Made by a program: the position numbers and the translations under genes. Below the pieces are notes generated by a model. It was not told where the DNA came from. It saw only the letters and a list, made by a program, of their open reading frames with translations, and searched no databases. From Bifidobacterium longum subsp. longum JCM 1217 (lineage in GTDB: Bacteria > Actinomycetota > Actinomycetes > Actinomycetales > Bifidobacteriaceae), in the NCBI RefSeq assembly GCF_000196555.1, contig NC_015067.1, positions 570,001 to 602,000 on the forward strand: DNA of 32,000 nt. The letters are read 5' to 3'. Below, one piece after another: positions 1 to 9,686 of this stretch. Position 1 is the stretch's first letter, and the number at the start of each line of letters is the position of its first letter.

Positions 1-91
1 CGCGGCCGCGTTGGCGATCGTGATGGCCGTGATCACCATGGCCATCGCCTACATCGTCCAGCTCAACAGCCTCAAGGAGCAGATGAAGTGA
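1..91 (+). CDS. ABC sugar transporter permease, C-terminal end only (gene starts left of the window)
   Basis: The frame starting at nt 2 is open to TGA at 89-91. The tail AAALAIVMAVITMAIAYIVQLNSLKEQMK is a last hydrophobic helix plus a short polar tail. The partner permease gene starts 56 nt downstream. Confidence 0.6.
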   Translation, partial: AAALAIVMAVITMAIAYIVQLNSLKEQMK

Positions 92-146
92 CGACGACTA
101 CTGCTGTTCGTGTTGAGGAATCGATGATGATCGTGAAGGAGCGTAT

Positions 147-1157
147 GTGATGAGTGCAGCAACGACTTCGGCCGCCGGTCGCCTGACCGACGCCGAGCTC
201 AAGGCCCAGGAGAAGGCCGCCAGGAAGGCGGAGAAGGCCCGCCAGAAGAGGATCGCCGCCGACGAGGCCGCCGAACGCAGGCGCAGCGCGAAGGCCGGGT
301 TCGCGAACGTGAACAACCCGAGGCGTTCCACGTTGTTGACCGTCCTGTGCGCGGTCTTCGCCGTGTACTGCCTGTTCCCGTTCGTCTACCTTTTGATCAA
401 CGCGACGAAGACGCAGGCCGACTTCACCAGTACGTTCGGCCTGGGCTTCGGCAAGACGTTCGCCCTGTTCGACAACATCGCGACGGTGTTCTCCTATCAG
501 GACGGTATCTTCGCGCGCTGGCTGTTCAACACGATCCTGTACGTGGTGGTCGGCGCCGGCGGCGCGACCCTGCTGGCGATCATGGGCGGCTACGCTCTGG
601 CCAAGTTCCGCTTCCCGGGGCGCAAAGCGGTGTTCGTGGTCATCATCGGCGCGATCAGCGTGCCGGGCATCGCTTTGGCGGTTCCCCAGTTCCTCCTGTT
701 CGCCAAATTGGGCCTGACGAACACCCCGTGGGCCATGATCATCCCGTCGCTGATCAGCCCGTTCGGTTTGTACCTGATGTGGATCTTCAGCGAGCAGGCC
801 GTGCCCCAGGAGCTGCTGGAGGCCGCCCGCGTGGACGGTGCCTCCGAGTTCCGCACGTTCTGGCAGATCAGCCTCCCGTTGTTGGCTCCGGGCATCGTGA
901 CGACGGCCCTGTTCACGATCGTGGCGACGTGGAACAACTACTTCCTGCCGTTGATCATGCTCAAGGACGCGGACTGGTACCCGCTGACCATCGGCCTGAA
1001 CCAGTGGAAGGACCAGGCGAGCACGGCCGGCGGCCAGGCGATCCAGAACCTGGTGATCACGGGCTCCCTGATCACGATCATCCCCTTGGTCATCGCGTTC
1101 TTGTGCCTGCAGAAGTACTGGCAGTCCGGCCTGGCCGCAGGCGCCGTCAAGGAGTGA
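147..1157 (+). CDS. ABC carbohydrate transporter permease (MalG-like binding-protein-dependent inner-membrane component)
   Basis: 336-aa ORF with a GAAGGA Shine-Dalgarno at 135-140; ATG at 150 is an equally good start as GTG at 147. Multiple hydrophobic spans, the EAA-loop motif EAARVDGASEFRTFWQISLPLLAPG, and a Lys/Arg/Ala-rich cytoplasmic N-tail. Confidence 0.93.
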   Translation: MMSAATTSAAGRLTDAELKAQEKAARKAEKARQKRIAADEAAERRRSAKAGFANVNNPRRSTLLTVLCAVFAVYCLFPFVYLLINATKTQADFTSTFGLGFGKTFALFDNIATVFSYQDGIFARWLFNTILYVVVGAGGATLLAIMGGYALAKFRFPGRKAVFVVIIGAISVPGIALAVPQFLLFAKLGLTNTPWAMIIPSLISPFGLYLMWIFSEQAVPQELLEAARVDGASEFRTFWQISLPLLAPGIVTTALFTIVATWNNYFLPLIMLKDADWYPLTIGLNQWKDQASTAGGQAIQNLVITGSLITIIPLVIAFLCLQKYWQSGLAAGAVKE

Positions 1158-1166
1158 GCGTACTTT

Positions 1167-1190
1167 GGCTCCCTTCTGGTGGAGGGAGCC
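1167..1190 (+). terminator. Hairpin GGCTCCCT-N8-AGGGAGCC immediately after the permease stop; member of the GCTCCC/GGGAGC hairpin family
   Basis: 8-bp perfect stem read directly, 10 nt after TGA 1155-1157. No U-tract, so it would be an I-shaped terminator or REP-like element. Confidence 0.4.
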
Positions 1191-1218
1191 GAGATAAAGG
1201 CGCATAACCACTAACAGA

Positions 1219-1271
1219 AGGAGGCACCTATGCAGATATTCGCATTGTTGAGAATTGTGCAGGTGCCTCCT
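1219..1271 (+). promoter_or_regulatory. Long-loop hairpin whose 5' arm contains a consensus AAGGAGG ribosome-binding site
   Basis: AGGAGGCACCT (1219-1229) is the exact reverse complement of AGGTGCCTCCT (1261-1271), with a 31-nt AT-rich loop. It lies in the permease to beta-galactosidase spacer. Confidence 0.3.
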
Positions 1272-1315
1272 TGTGTGTCTGTGCAACGTGAGGAATTTAT
1301 TCCCGTAGACGCAGA

Positions 1316-1325
1316 TTATCGATAA
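1316..1325. promoter_or_regulatory. Perfect palindrome TTATCGATAA 25 nt upstream of the GH42 start; candidate LacI-type operator core
   Basis: Self-complementary 10-mer with a central CG. It overlaps a TAAAAT -10-like hexamer (1323-1328), and a LacI-family regulator is encoded just downstream of the GH42 gene. Confidence 0.3.
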
Positions 1326-1344
1326 AATTCAATAAAGGAACTGA

Positions 1345-3426
<2,082 letters not shown>

Positions 3427-3456
3427 AACCGCGCATAGCGCCTAATTACCGAAAGG

Positions 3457-3492
3457 CTCCCCTGCTGCTCATCGTAGCAGGGGAGTCGTTTT
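3457..3492 (+). terminator. Rho-independent terminator of the GH42 gene
   Basis: CTCCCCTGCT (3457-3466) pairs with AGCAGGGGAG (3476-3485) around a 9-nt loop, followed by TCGTTTT. Confidence 0.7.
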
Positions 3493-3517
3493 CGTATCTC
3501 CAGCAAAGTCGGGTAGG

Positions 3518-4564
3518 GTGGTCACCGTGCGAGGCAAAAACAGAGTGACGATGGCGGACGTGGCCCATGAGGCCGGTGTTTCGGTAGCCTCGGTGTCTAA
3601 TTTTCTGAACAAACAGCCATATATGAGCGAGGCGATGGCCGCGCGTATTGCGGAAGCCATCGACAGGCTCGGATACAAAGTCAACTCGTCGGCCAGAAAC
3701 CTGCGTTCCGGGCGTACCCGGTTGCTCAAGCTGGTCATTCCCGATCTGCGGCAGGTGTACTTCTCCGAACTCGCCGAGGATATTCTGGCCGAGGCCCGGC
3801 AACATGGCTACGGCGTCATCGTGGAATCCACCACCAACAATCGTGCCCGCGAGCTGGAAAGCATCGCATCGATGGGCACGCACAGCGCGGACGGGCTCAT
3901 CTTAAGCCCTCTGATGATGACGGTTGACGATATCGCGGCTTTGGATGGCGATTACCCGCTCGTGCTGTTGGGTGAACGTTTGTTCGGCGTCAACGCGCCG
4001 CACGTAGTGATTCGCAATCGCGAAGGGGCCGCCGCCGCGACTTATCACCTGCTTGATGCCGGTTGCCGCCGCATCGCCGTAGTCGGTGCCGTGCCCCACC
4101 CCGAGCACGATTTCTCGTCGGGCTCCATCCGCACCCACGGATATCGTGAGGCGCTGGCCGCGCGCGACATCCCCTGTGATGACAGTCTGCTTATCGAAAC
4201 CCAAGGCTGGGGGAGCGCCGACGGTTTGGCCGCGGTGGACACCATGCTGGAGAGTGGCCTGCAATTCGATGCCGTGTTCGCTTTGAATGACTTGCTGGCG
4301 TGGGGCGTGCTGCGTGAACTGCGCGAACGCGGCGTTGCCGTGCCGGATGATGTTCGCGTCATCGGCTTCGATGACGTGGAGGAATCGGCCTACATGGTGC
4401 CGTCTCTTTCCACCGTTAACCCCGGCAGGGAAGCCATCGCCCGACTGGCCGTCGAATCCATCATCCAACAGGTCGAATCCGGCAGTCGCGCTCCTGCCCA
4501 AACCATCGAGGCCCCCTATAGCCTCTCCCTGCGCGAGTCCTCGCCGGCGTTGGCCTGCGCCTGA
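3518..4564 (+). CDS. LacI-family transcriptional regulator
   Basis: 348 aa. N-terminal HTH VTMADVAHEAGVSVASVSNFLNKQPYMSEAMAARIAEAIDRLGYKVNSSARNLRSG, and a sugar-binding core with FALNDLLAWGVLRELRERGVAVPDDVRVIGFDD. The start could be GTG 3518 or GTG 3527. Confidence 0.93.
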   Translation: MVTVRGKNRVTMADVAHEAGVSVASVSNFLNKQPYMSEAMAARIAEAIDRLGYKVNSSARNLRSGRTRLLKLVIPDLRQVYFSELAEDILAEARQHGYGVIVESTTNNRARELESIASMGTHSADGLILSPLMMTVDDIAALDGDYPLVLLGERLFGVNAPHVVIRNREGAAAATYHLLDAGCRRIAVVGAVPHPEHDFSSGSIRTHGYREALAARDIPCDDSLLIETQGWGSADGLAAVDTMLESGLQFDAVFALNDLLAWGVLRELRERGVAVPDDVRVIGFDDVEESAYMVPSLSTVNPGREAIARLAVESIIQQVESGSRAPAQTIEAPYSLSLRESSPALACA

Positions 4565-4601
4565 TGAATCCATGGTTCGAAATATCCGAAGTGAATGACA
4601 A

Positions 4602-4632
4602 GGCCCGTCAATCGTATGGTGATTGACGGGCC
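4602..4632. terminator. Bidirectional hairpin between the convergent LacI and GH51 genes
   Basis: GGCCCGTCAATC (4602-4613) and GATTGACGGGCC (4621-4632) form a perfect 12-bp stem with a 7-nt loop. Confidence 0.65.
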
Positions 4633-4683
4633 CTGGTCGTATTGGACTTGACTGTACTTGGTACGGGCGTGACTCTCCGTCTT

Positions 4684-6384
4684 TTAGCCGTGGAATTCCA
4701 CGCTGATCCAGGAGATGGCGGGAAGCGTTGCCGTGCAGGTGCCGGTGGCGTTCATCGCAATGTCGAGCGGTTGCGGCGTGACGGCTTCGGGCGCTTCGGC
4801 GGTGTTGGTGCGGTACGGATCGTCCTCATGCAACAGTTGCGCCTTGCCGAGCGCGAGCGTGCCGAGACCGGGCAGGCCGGGCAGCCCGGAAAGGTCGATG
4901 GTGAGCGTGTGCGGGGTGTTGGCGTCGCGGTTGACGGCAAGCAGCAGACCGGTGCGGGCCTGTTCATCCCACGTGACTACCGCGTCGATGGCCGGCACGT
5001 CGCCGTATGCCTCGGTATGGATGGTGGGGGAGCTGATGGCCGGAGCGTAGGCCTGGCCGCGCGCGTGAAGGGCGGCTTCGGCGAACGGGTAGAACGTGGT
5101 CTGCCGCCATGCCGGGCCGTGTTCCTCGGCCATGATGGGGGCGATGACGTTGACCAGCTGGGCGCGCGAGGCGGAACGCACGCGATCGCAGTGCTTGAGC
5201 AGGGTGATCATCAGGGAACCTTCGACCACCGCGTCGGCCGCGGTGTAGATGTCTTCCAGCAAATGTGGAGACTTGGGCCATGGCTCGTGGTGCAAACCCT
5301 GCGCGGCCTCCGCCTTCCACTGGTCTTCCTGCTCGTTCCACTTGTCCGAATACCATACGCCCCATTCGTCGAAGGACAGGGCGATGTCTTTGGTGCCGTT
5401 ATTGGCTTCGCGCGCCTGATCGGCCGCGTCCGAGACGGTGGCGATGAACTTGGTCATGTCTTCGGAAGAGGCCAGGAAGTCCTGCATGGAGGCGGCGGCC
5501 CGGGTTTTATGGCCGCGGTCGAAGTAGTAGGCATGGCAGGAGACGAAGTCGAGATTCTCGTAAGCCTTGGTGAGCACGGTCTTCTCCCACGTGCCGAAGG
5601 TCGGCATATAGGCACCCGAGGAACCGCAGGCCACGAGTTCGAGACCGGACTCGGCGAGCTTCATGGCGTGGGCCACCTTATCCACCGCGCCGGCATATTC
5701 TTCCGGGCTCATGTGGCCCACCTGCCACGGGCCGTCCATTTCGTTGCCGATGCACCACATCTTGATATCCATCGGCTCCTCGATGCCGTTGGCCACGCGC
5801 TGATCCGCCCAAGCGGTGCCGGGCGCGCCGTTGACATACTCGAGCTCGTCGAGCGCGGCTTTCAGCCCCCGGGTGCCCATGTTGACGGCAAGCATGATTT
5901 CGGTGCCGGCTTTCTGGCTCCAGCGGTAGAAGTCGTCGATGCCCATCTCGTTGGTTTCGGTGCAATGCCAGGCCAGGTCGCGGCGCATGGGGCGATTCTC
6001 GCGTGGACCGATGCCGTCTTCCCAGTTGTAGTTGGATACGAAATTGCCGCCGGGGTAGCGCACGCAGGTGACGCCCAGCTCCTTGACCAGGTCAAGCACG
6101 TCTTGGCGGAAGCCGTTTTCGTCGGCGGTGGGATGGCTGGGCTCGTAGATGCCGCCGTAGACGCAGCGGCCCAGATGTTCTACGAATGAGCCGAACAGAC
6201 GCGGGGGAACGTCGGCTACCGGAGTGGCGTCGGCGTTGAGGGCGATGCTGGCGTCCGGCGTGGTTGCGTTGCCAGTTGTGGAGACGTTACTGGCCGTGGT
6301 GCCGGCGGCGGTCGGCGCCGGGCTGCTTTCCTGCTTGTCGGGATGGGTGGTTTCGGCGGAATACTGGCTGTTGTGAGTGGTCAT
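4684..6384 (-). CDS. abfA: Alpha-L-arabinofuranosidase, glycoside hydrolase family 51
   Basis: 566 aa. GSFVEHLGRCVYGGIYEP, VRYPGGNFVSNYNWEDGIGP, acid/base region WCIGNEMDGPWQ and nucleophile region LSFDEWGVWY are GH51 hallmarks. It resembles the 566-aa B. longum enzyme, variously named abfA, abfB or arfA. The Thr/Ala-rich N-terminal ~45 aa has no signal peptide. Confidence 0.94.
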   Translation of the reverse strand: MTTHNSQYSAETTHPDKQESSPAPTAAGTTASNVSTTGNATTPDASIALNADATPVADVPPRLFGSFVEHLGRCVYGGIYEPSHPTADENGFRQDVLDLVKELGVTCVRYPGGNFVSNYNWEDGIGPRENRPMRRDLAWHCTETNEMGIDDFYRWSQKAGTEIMLAVNMGTRGLKAALDELEYVNGAPGTAWADQRVANGIEEPMDIKMWCIGNEMDGPWQVGHMSPEEYAGAVDKVAHAMKLAESGLELVACGSSGAYMPTFGTWEKTVLTKAYENLDFVSCHAYYFDRGHKTRAAASMQDFLASSEDMTKFIATVSDAADQAREANNGTKDIALSFDEWGVWYSDKWNEQEDQWKAEAAQGLHHEPWPKSPHLLEDIYTAADAVVEGSLMITLLKHCDRVRSASRAQLVNVIAPIMAEEHGPAWRQTTFYPFAEAALHARGQAYAPAISSPTIHTEAYGDVPAIDAVVTWDEQARTGLLLAVNRDANTPHTLTIDLSGLPGLPGLGTLALGKAQLLHEDDPYRTNTAEAPEAVTPQPLDIAMNATGTCTATLPAISWISVEFHG

Positions 6385-6438
6385 GAGCGGGATGCATCTC
6401 CTTCGGTTTGCGGTTAGTCACCATGGTGCGACGTGTCG

Positions 6439-6452
6439 TGTTTGCGTAAACA
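6439..6452. promoter_or_regulatory. Near-palindrome TGTTTGCGTAAACA in the divergent GH51 / binding-protein-1 promoter region; candidate LacI-type operator
   Basis: 6 of 7 base pairs are symmetric around a central CG-containing core. A second weaker 20-bp dyad, TACCGTTTCTTAAAACGATA, lies at 6465-6484. Confidence 0.3.
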
Positions 6453-6543
6453 TAAAACATGTGGTACCGTTTCTTAAAACGATACAAGACTTGGAACAAA
6501 ACGCCAAGTCCCGTCGTTTCCAATAACAAGGAAGGAAAGAACG

Positions 6544-7896
6544 ATGAAGTTCGGCAAGAAGACAATTGCCCTGATTGGTGCTGTGGCCATGCTCTCCTCT
6601 GTAGCTGCCTGCGGTTCCACTTCTGCCGGGGATGGCGGAAGCACCGGCTCCTCTGATAAGAAGGTCGAGCTGACCGTGTGGTCCTGGGATTCCACACTGC
6701 CTCGTACGGTCAAGGGATTCGAGGCCAAGAACCCGAACATTAAGGTGAAGGTGACCAACGCCGGCACCAACAAGGACGAGTACAACGCACTGTCCAATGC
6801 CATCGAGGCAGGCTCCGGTGCTCCGGACATCGCCCAGATCGAATACTACGCACTGCCCGAATACGTGATTCGCGGCCACCTCGAGAACCTTTCCGATCTC
6901 GGTGCCTCCGATTTCAAGGACTTCTACACCCCGGGCACGTGGTCCTCGGTGAACATCAATGACGGCGTCTACGCCCTGCCGATGGATTCCGGCCCGATGG
7001 CCTGGTTCTACAACAAGGGCGTCTTCGACAAGGCCGGCGTCGATCCGACTCAGGTGCGCACGTGGGACGACTTCTACGAGGCCGCCAAGAAGATTCGCGC
7101 CGTGGACTCCTACATCACCTCCGATTCCGGTGACGCCGGCTTCTTCGACTCCATGACCTGGCTGGCCGGCGCGACCCCGTTCGAGACCTCCAAGGACGGC
7201 GGGACCGTGACCATCAACCTGACCGGTGACAAGAACGTCAAGACCTTCACCGACTTCTGGCAGAAGATGATCGACGAAGATCTCATCGACACCAAGACCG
7301 TCGGCTGGACCGACGATTGGAACAAGGGTCTGGATGACGGCTCCATCGCATCCCTGCTGACCGGCGCTTGGATGCCGTACAACCTGCTTTCCGGCGCTCC
7401 GAACGGTGACGGCAAGTGGCGCATCGCCCAGATGCCGACCGCAGACGGCTCCGAGACCAACTCCGAGAACGGTGGTTCCTCGCTGGCCATCGTGAAGTCC
7501 GACGACAAGGACAAGGTCGCCGCCGCCTACAAGTTCATGGAATACGCCTGCCACGACGCCGAGGGCATTAAGACCCGTGTTGACGGCGGTGCCTTCCCGG
7601 CCGACAACGACACCCTCAAGTCCAACGACTTCCTCAACATGACCTCCCTGACCGACTCCGACGGCAAGGCCCACGAGTACTTCGGCGGTCAGAAGTTCAA
7701 CGAGGAGCTGGCCAAGGCCGCAGCCAATGTGTCCACCGGCTACAAGTTCCTGCCCTTCGAGGTCTACGCTCGCGGCAAGTTCGGCGACTACGCCGGCGAT
7801 GCCTACACCGGCAAGACCACGCTCTCCGATGCCGTGGCTTCCTGGCAGAAGGACCTGCAAGATTACGCCAAGCAGCAGGGCTACCAGGTGAAGTAA
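6544..7896 (+). CDS. ABC sugar transporter solute-binding lipoprotein (family 1), paralog 1
   Basis: 450 aa. GGAAGGAAAG RBS, signal peptide with lipobox MLSSVAACGS, strongly biased codons. Clear paralog of the next two genes. Confidence 0.93.
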   Translation: MKFGKKTIALIGAVAMLSSVAACGSTSAGDGGSTGSSDKKVELTVWSWDSTLPRTVKGFEAKNPNIKVKVTNAGTNKDEYNALSNAIEAGSGAPDIAQIEYYALPEYVIRGHLENLSDLGASDFKDFYTPGTWSSVNINDGVYALPMDSGPMAWFYNKGVFDKAGVDPTQVRTWDDFYEAAKKIRAVDSYITSDSGDAGFFDSMTWLAGATPFETSKDGGTVTINLTGDKNVKTFTDFWQKMIDEDLIDTKTVGWTDDWNKGLDDGSIASLLTGAWMPYNLLSGAPNGDGKWRIAQMPTADGSETNSENGGSSLAIVKSDDKDKVAAAYKFMEYACHDAEGIKTRVDGGAFPADNDTLKSNDFLNMTSLTDSDGKAHEYFGGQKFNEELAKAAANVSTGYKFLPFEVYARGKFGDYAGDAYTGKTTLSDAVASWQKDLQDYAKQQGYQVK

Positions 7897-7939
7897 CGGC
7901 AATCACAGCAGACTTCCTCCTGTGGTTTCTGTAGCGGGA

Positions 7940-8073
7940 GGTTGCGATAACAGGGTCGGGCACTCTTCGGAGCGCCCGATTTTCTTATGCCATGGGAGCA
8001 GTGGCGCGCGGATTGCGATACCAAGATGGCGTGTTGCCGAAGAATGTGTATAATAAAAGATGTTATCGCAACC
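7940..8073. promoter_or_regulatory. Three copies of the 13-mer GGTTGCGATAACA around a TATAAT box upstream of binding-protein gene 2; candidate operator set
   Basis: 7940-7952 is GGTTGCGATAACA. 8061-8073 is its exact reverse complement. 8011-8023 is GATTGCGATACCA (11/13 match). TATAAT lies at 8049-8054, 7 nt before the third copy. Confidence 0.35.
7956..7986 (+). terminator. Rho-independent terminator after binding-protein gene 1
   Basis: TCGGGCACTC-TTCG-GAGCGCCCGA (one A/C mismatch, TTCG tetraloop) followed by TTTTCTT. Confidence 0.75.
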
Positions 8074-8113
8074 ATAGCTACAAAGTGGCGAAACAAAGCC
8101 GTTTTGTGACTAC

Positions 8114-8135
8114 TGAACCATAGAGTGATGGTTCA
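8114..8135. promoter_or_regulatory. Inverted repeat TGAACCAT-N6-ATGGTTCA in the leader of binding-protein gene 2
   Basis: Perfect 8-bp arms read directly, located ~60 nt after the TATAAT box and ~90 nt before the ATG. Confidence 0.25.
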
Positions 8136-8227
8136 CGATAGCATGACGACGAGGAGAGTTGCCATGCTGTTGTGGTGACAATCACTGCAGACCGCCGAAA
8201 GGCGATCCAAGGAAGGAGAACAGAACG

Positions 8228-9571
8228 ATGAAGTTCACCGTTGCTAAGAAGGCCATTGCACTTACCGGTGCGGTTGCCATGCTGGGTTCCGTTGCCGCCT
8301 GCGGTTCCGACACCGCCAGTGGCAAGCCGGCTCAAGATAAGGACGTTACCGAAATCACCGTGTGGGCTTGGGAGCCCACGCTGACCCAGGTTGCCAAGGA
8401 CTTCACCAAGAAGACCGGCATCAAGGTCGATCTCAAGAACGTCGGCACCAACACCAAGGAATACACCCAGCTTGATAACGCCATCGAGGCTGGCTCCGGT
8501 GCTCCGGACGTCGCTCAGGTTGAGTACTACGCCATCCCGCAGTACGCCATCAAGGGCAACCTGCTGGACATCACCGACAAGACCTCCGGCTACTCCGACT
8601 TCTACACCCCTGGCCCGTGGGCTTCCGTGCAGTTCGCCGGCAAGGTCTACGGCCTGCCGATGGATTCCGGCCCAATGGCCTTCTTCTACAACAAGGAGGT
8701 CTTCGACAAGGCCGGTGTTGACGCCGAGCAGATCAAGACCTGGGATCAGTACTACGACGCCGCCAAGAAGATTCACGCTCTGGGCGACAACTACTACATC
8801 ACCTCCGACACCGGTGACGCCGGCTTCTTCGACTCCATGACCTGGCTGGCCGGTGCAAAGCCGTTCCAGACCTCTTCCGATGGTTCCGAAGTCACCGTCA
8901 ACCTGACCGAGGACAAGGGCGTCAAGACCTTCACCGACTTCTGGCAGAAGCTGCTGGACGAGGGCCTGCTCGACACCAAGACCGCTGGCTGGTCTGAGGA
9001 CTGGTTCAAGGGCATGGTCGACGGCACCATCGCCTCCCTGTTCACTGGCGCTTGGATGCCTGCCAACCTGGCCAACTCCGCTGCTGACGGCGCTGGCAAG
9101 TGGCGTGTGACCCAGATGCCGACCGCTGACGGCTCCACCACCAACTCCGAGAACGGTGGTTCTTCGCTGGCTGTGCTCGCCTCCACCAAGAAGGCTGACG
9201 CTGCTTACCAGTTCATCGAGTACGCCAACCACGGCGACGGCGTGGCCACCCGTGTGGCCGGCGGTGCATTCCCGGCTGACAAGGCCTCCATGGAGTCCGA
9301 CTCCTTCAAGAACACCACCACTGTGAAGAACGCCGATGGCGAGGACGTTGACTACTTCGGTGGTCAGAAGTACAACGAGGTTCTGGCTCAGGCTGCTGAG
9401 AACGTGTCCTCCGACTACCAGTTCCTGCCCTACGAGGTCAAGGCCCGCACCATCTTCGGCGACTACCTTGGCAAGTCCTACACCGGCGACCAGAAGCTGA
9501 CTGACGGTATCGCCGCTTGGCAGAAGGCACTGCAGGATTACGGCAAGGATCAGGGCTTCACCGTGAAGTAA
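8228..9571 (+). CDS. ABC sugar transporter solute-binding lipoprotein (family 1), paralog 2
   Basis: ATG at 8228 is preceded by AAGGAAGGAGAA. MKFTVAKKAIALTGAVAMLGSVAACGS gives a signal peptide plus lipobox. The upstream in-frame extension to 8159 lacks any signal-peptide logic. Colinear with paralog 1. Confidence 0.93.
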   Translation: MKFTVAKKAIALTGAVAMLGSVAACGSDTASGKPAQDKDVTEITVWAWEPTLTQVAKDFTKKTGIKVDLKNVGTNTKEYTQLDNAIEAGSGAPDVAQVEYYAIPQYAIKGNLLDITDKTSGYSDFYTPGPWASVQFAGKVYGLPMDSGPMAFFYNKEVFDKAGVDAEQIKTWDQYYDAAKKIHALGDNYYITSDTGDAGFFDSMTWLAGAKPFQTSSDGSEVTVNLTEDKGVKTFTDFWQKLLDEGLLDTKTAGWSEDWFKGMVDGTIASLFTGAWMPANLANSAADGAGKWRVTQMPTADGSTTNSENGGSSLAVLASTKKADAAYQFIEYANHGDGVATRVAGGAFPADKASMESDSFKNTTTVKNADGEDVDYFGGQKYNEVLAQAAENVSSDYQFLPYEVKARTIFGDYLGKSYTGDQKLTDGIAAWQKALQDYGKDQGFTVK

Positions 9572-9620
9572 GCCTTGAACCCTCGCTGAGACTGCCTAGC
9601 TAATCTCACCTGATACACAA

Positions 9621-9649
9621 AGCCTCGTGACGAATCCCGTCACGGGGCT
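9621..9649 (+). terminator. Hairpin after binding-protein gene 2
   Basis: AGCC-T-CGTGACG / CGTCACG-G-GGCT stem with loop AATCC. The T-tract is weak. Confidence 0.45.
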
Positions 9650-9686
9650 TCTACCGTTTTAAGCCCCGCCTAGTACACTCGTCACC

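Noticed and set aside
72-1286. 404-aa minus-strand ORF (and 347-1207 plus-strand, 286 aa) overlapping the permease gene
   Set aside because: It is Arg/Gly/Asp/His-rich low-complexity translation with no membrane or enzyme motifs, lying antisense or out of frame to a permease with a clear EAA motif. This is a typical high-GC shadow ORF.
4570-4590. tRNA-like GGTTCGAAA T-loop string after the LacI gene (and TTCGAATC at about 17441)
   Set aside because: The flanking bases do not form a T-stem, and no acceptor or anticodon arms can be drawn. There are no tRNA genes in the window.
4642-6189. 515-aa plus-strand ORF opposite the GH51 gene. Similar shadows lie at 1297-2232, 2260-3381, 3902-4573, 6418-7902, 8078-9232, 9651-11054 and 12172-14079.
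   Set aside because: All are antisense to genes with strong family motifs, are Gly/Arg/Val/Asp-rich without recognisable domains, and lack RBS and signal logic.
8159-8227. N-terminal extensions offered by the ORF track: 8159 for SBP2, 12007 for the family-5 SBP, 13709 and 14266 for the permeases, 16207 for the second ATPase, 26770 for the IS30 transposase
   Set aside because: In each case an internal start has a proper Shine-Dalgarno and yields the canonical N-terminus (signal peptide, MRFVLKRL, or stop-start overlap). The extensions run through upstream genes, hairpins or the IS inverted repeat.
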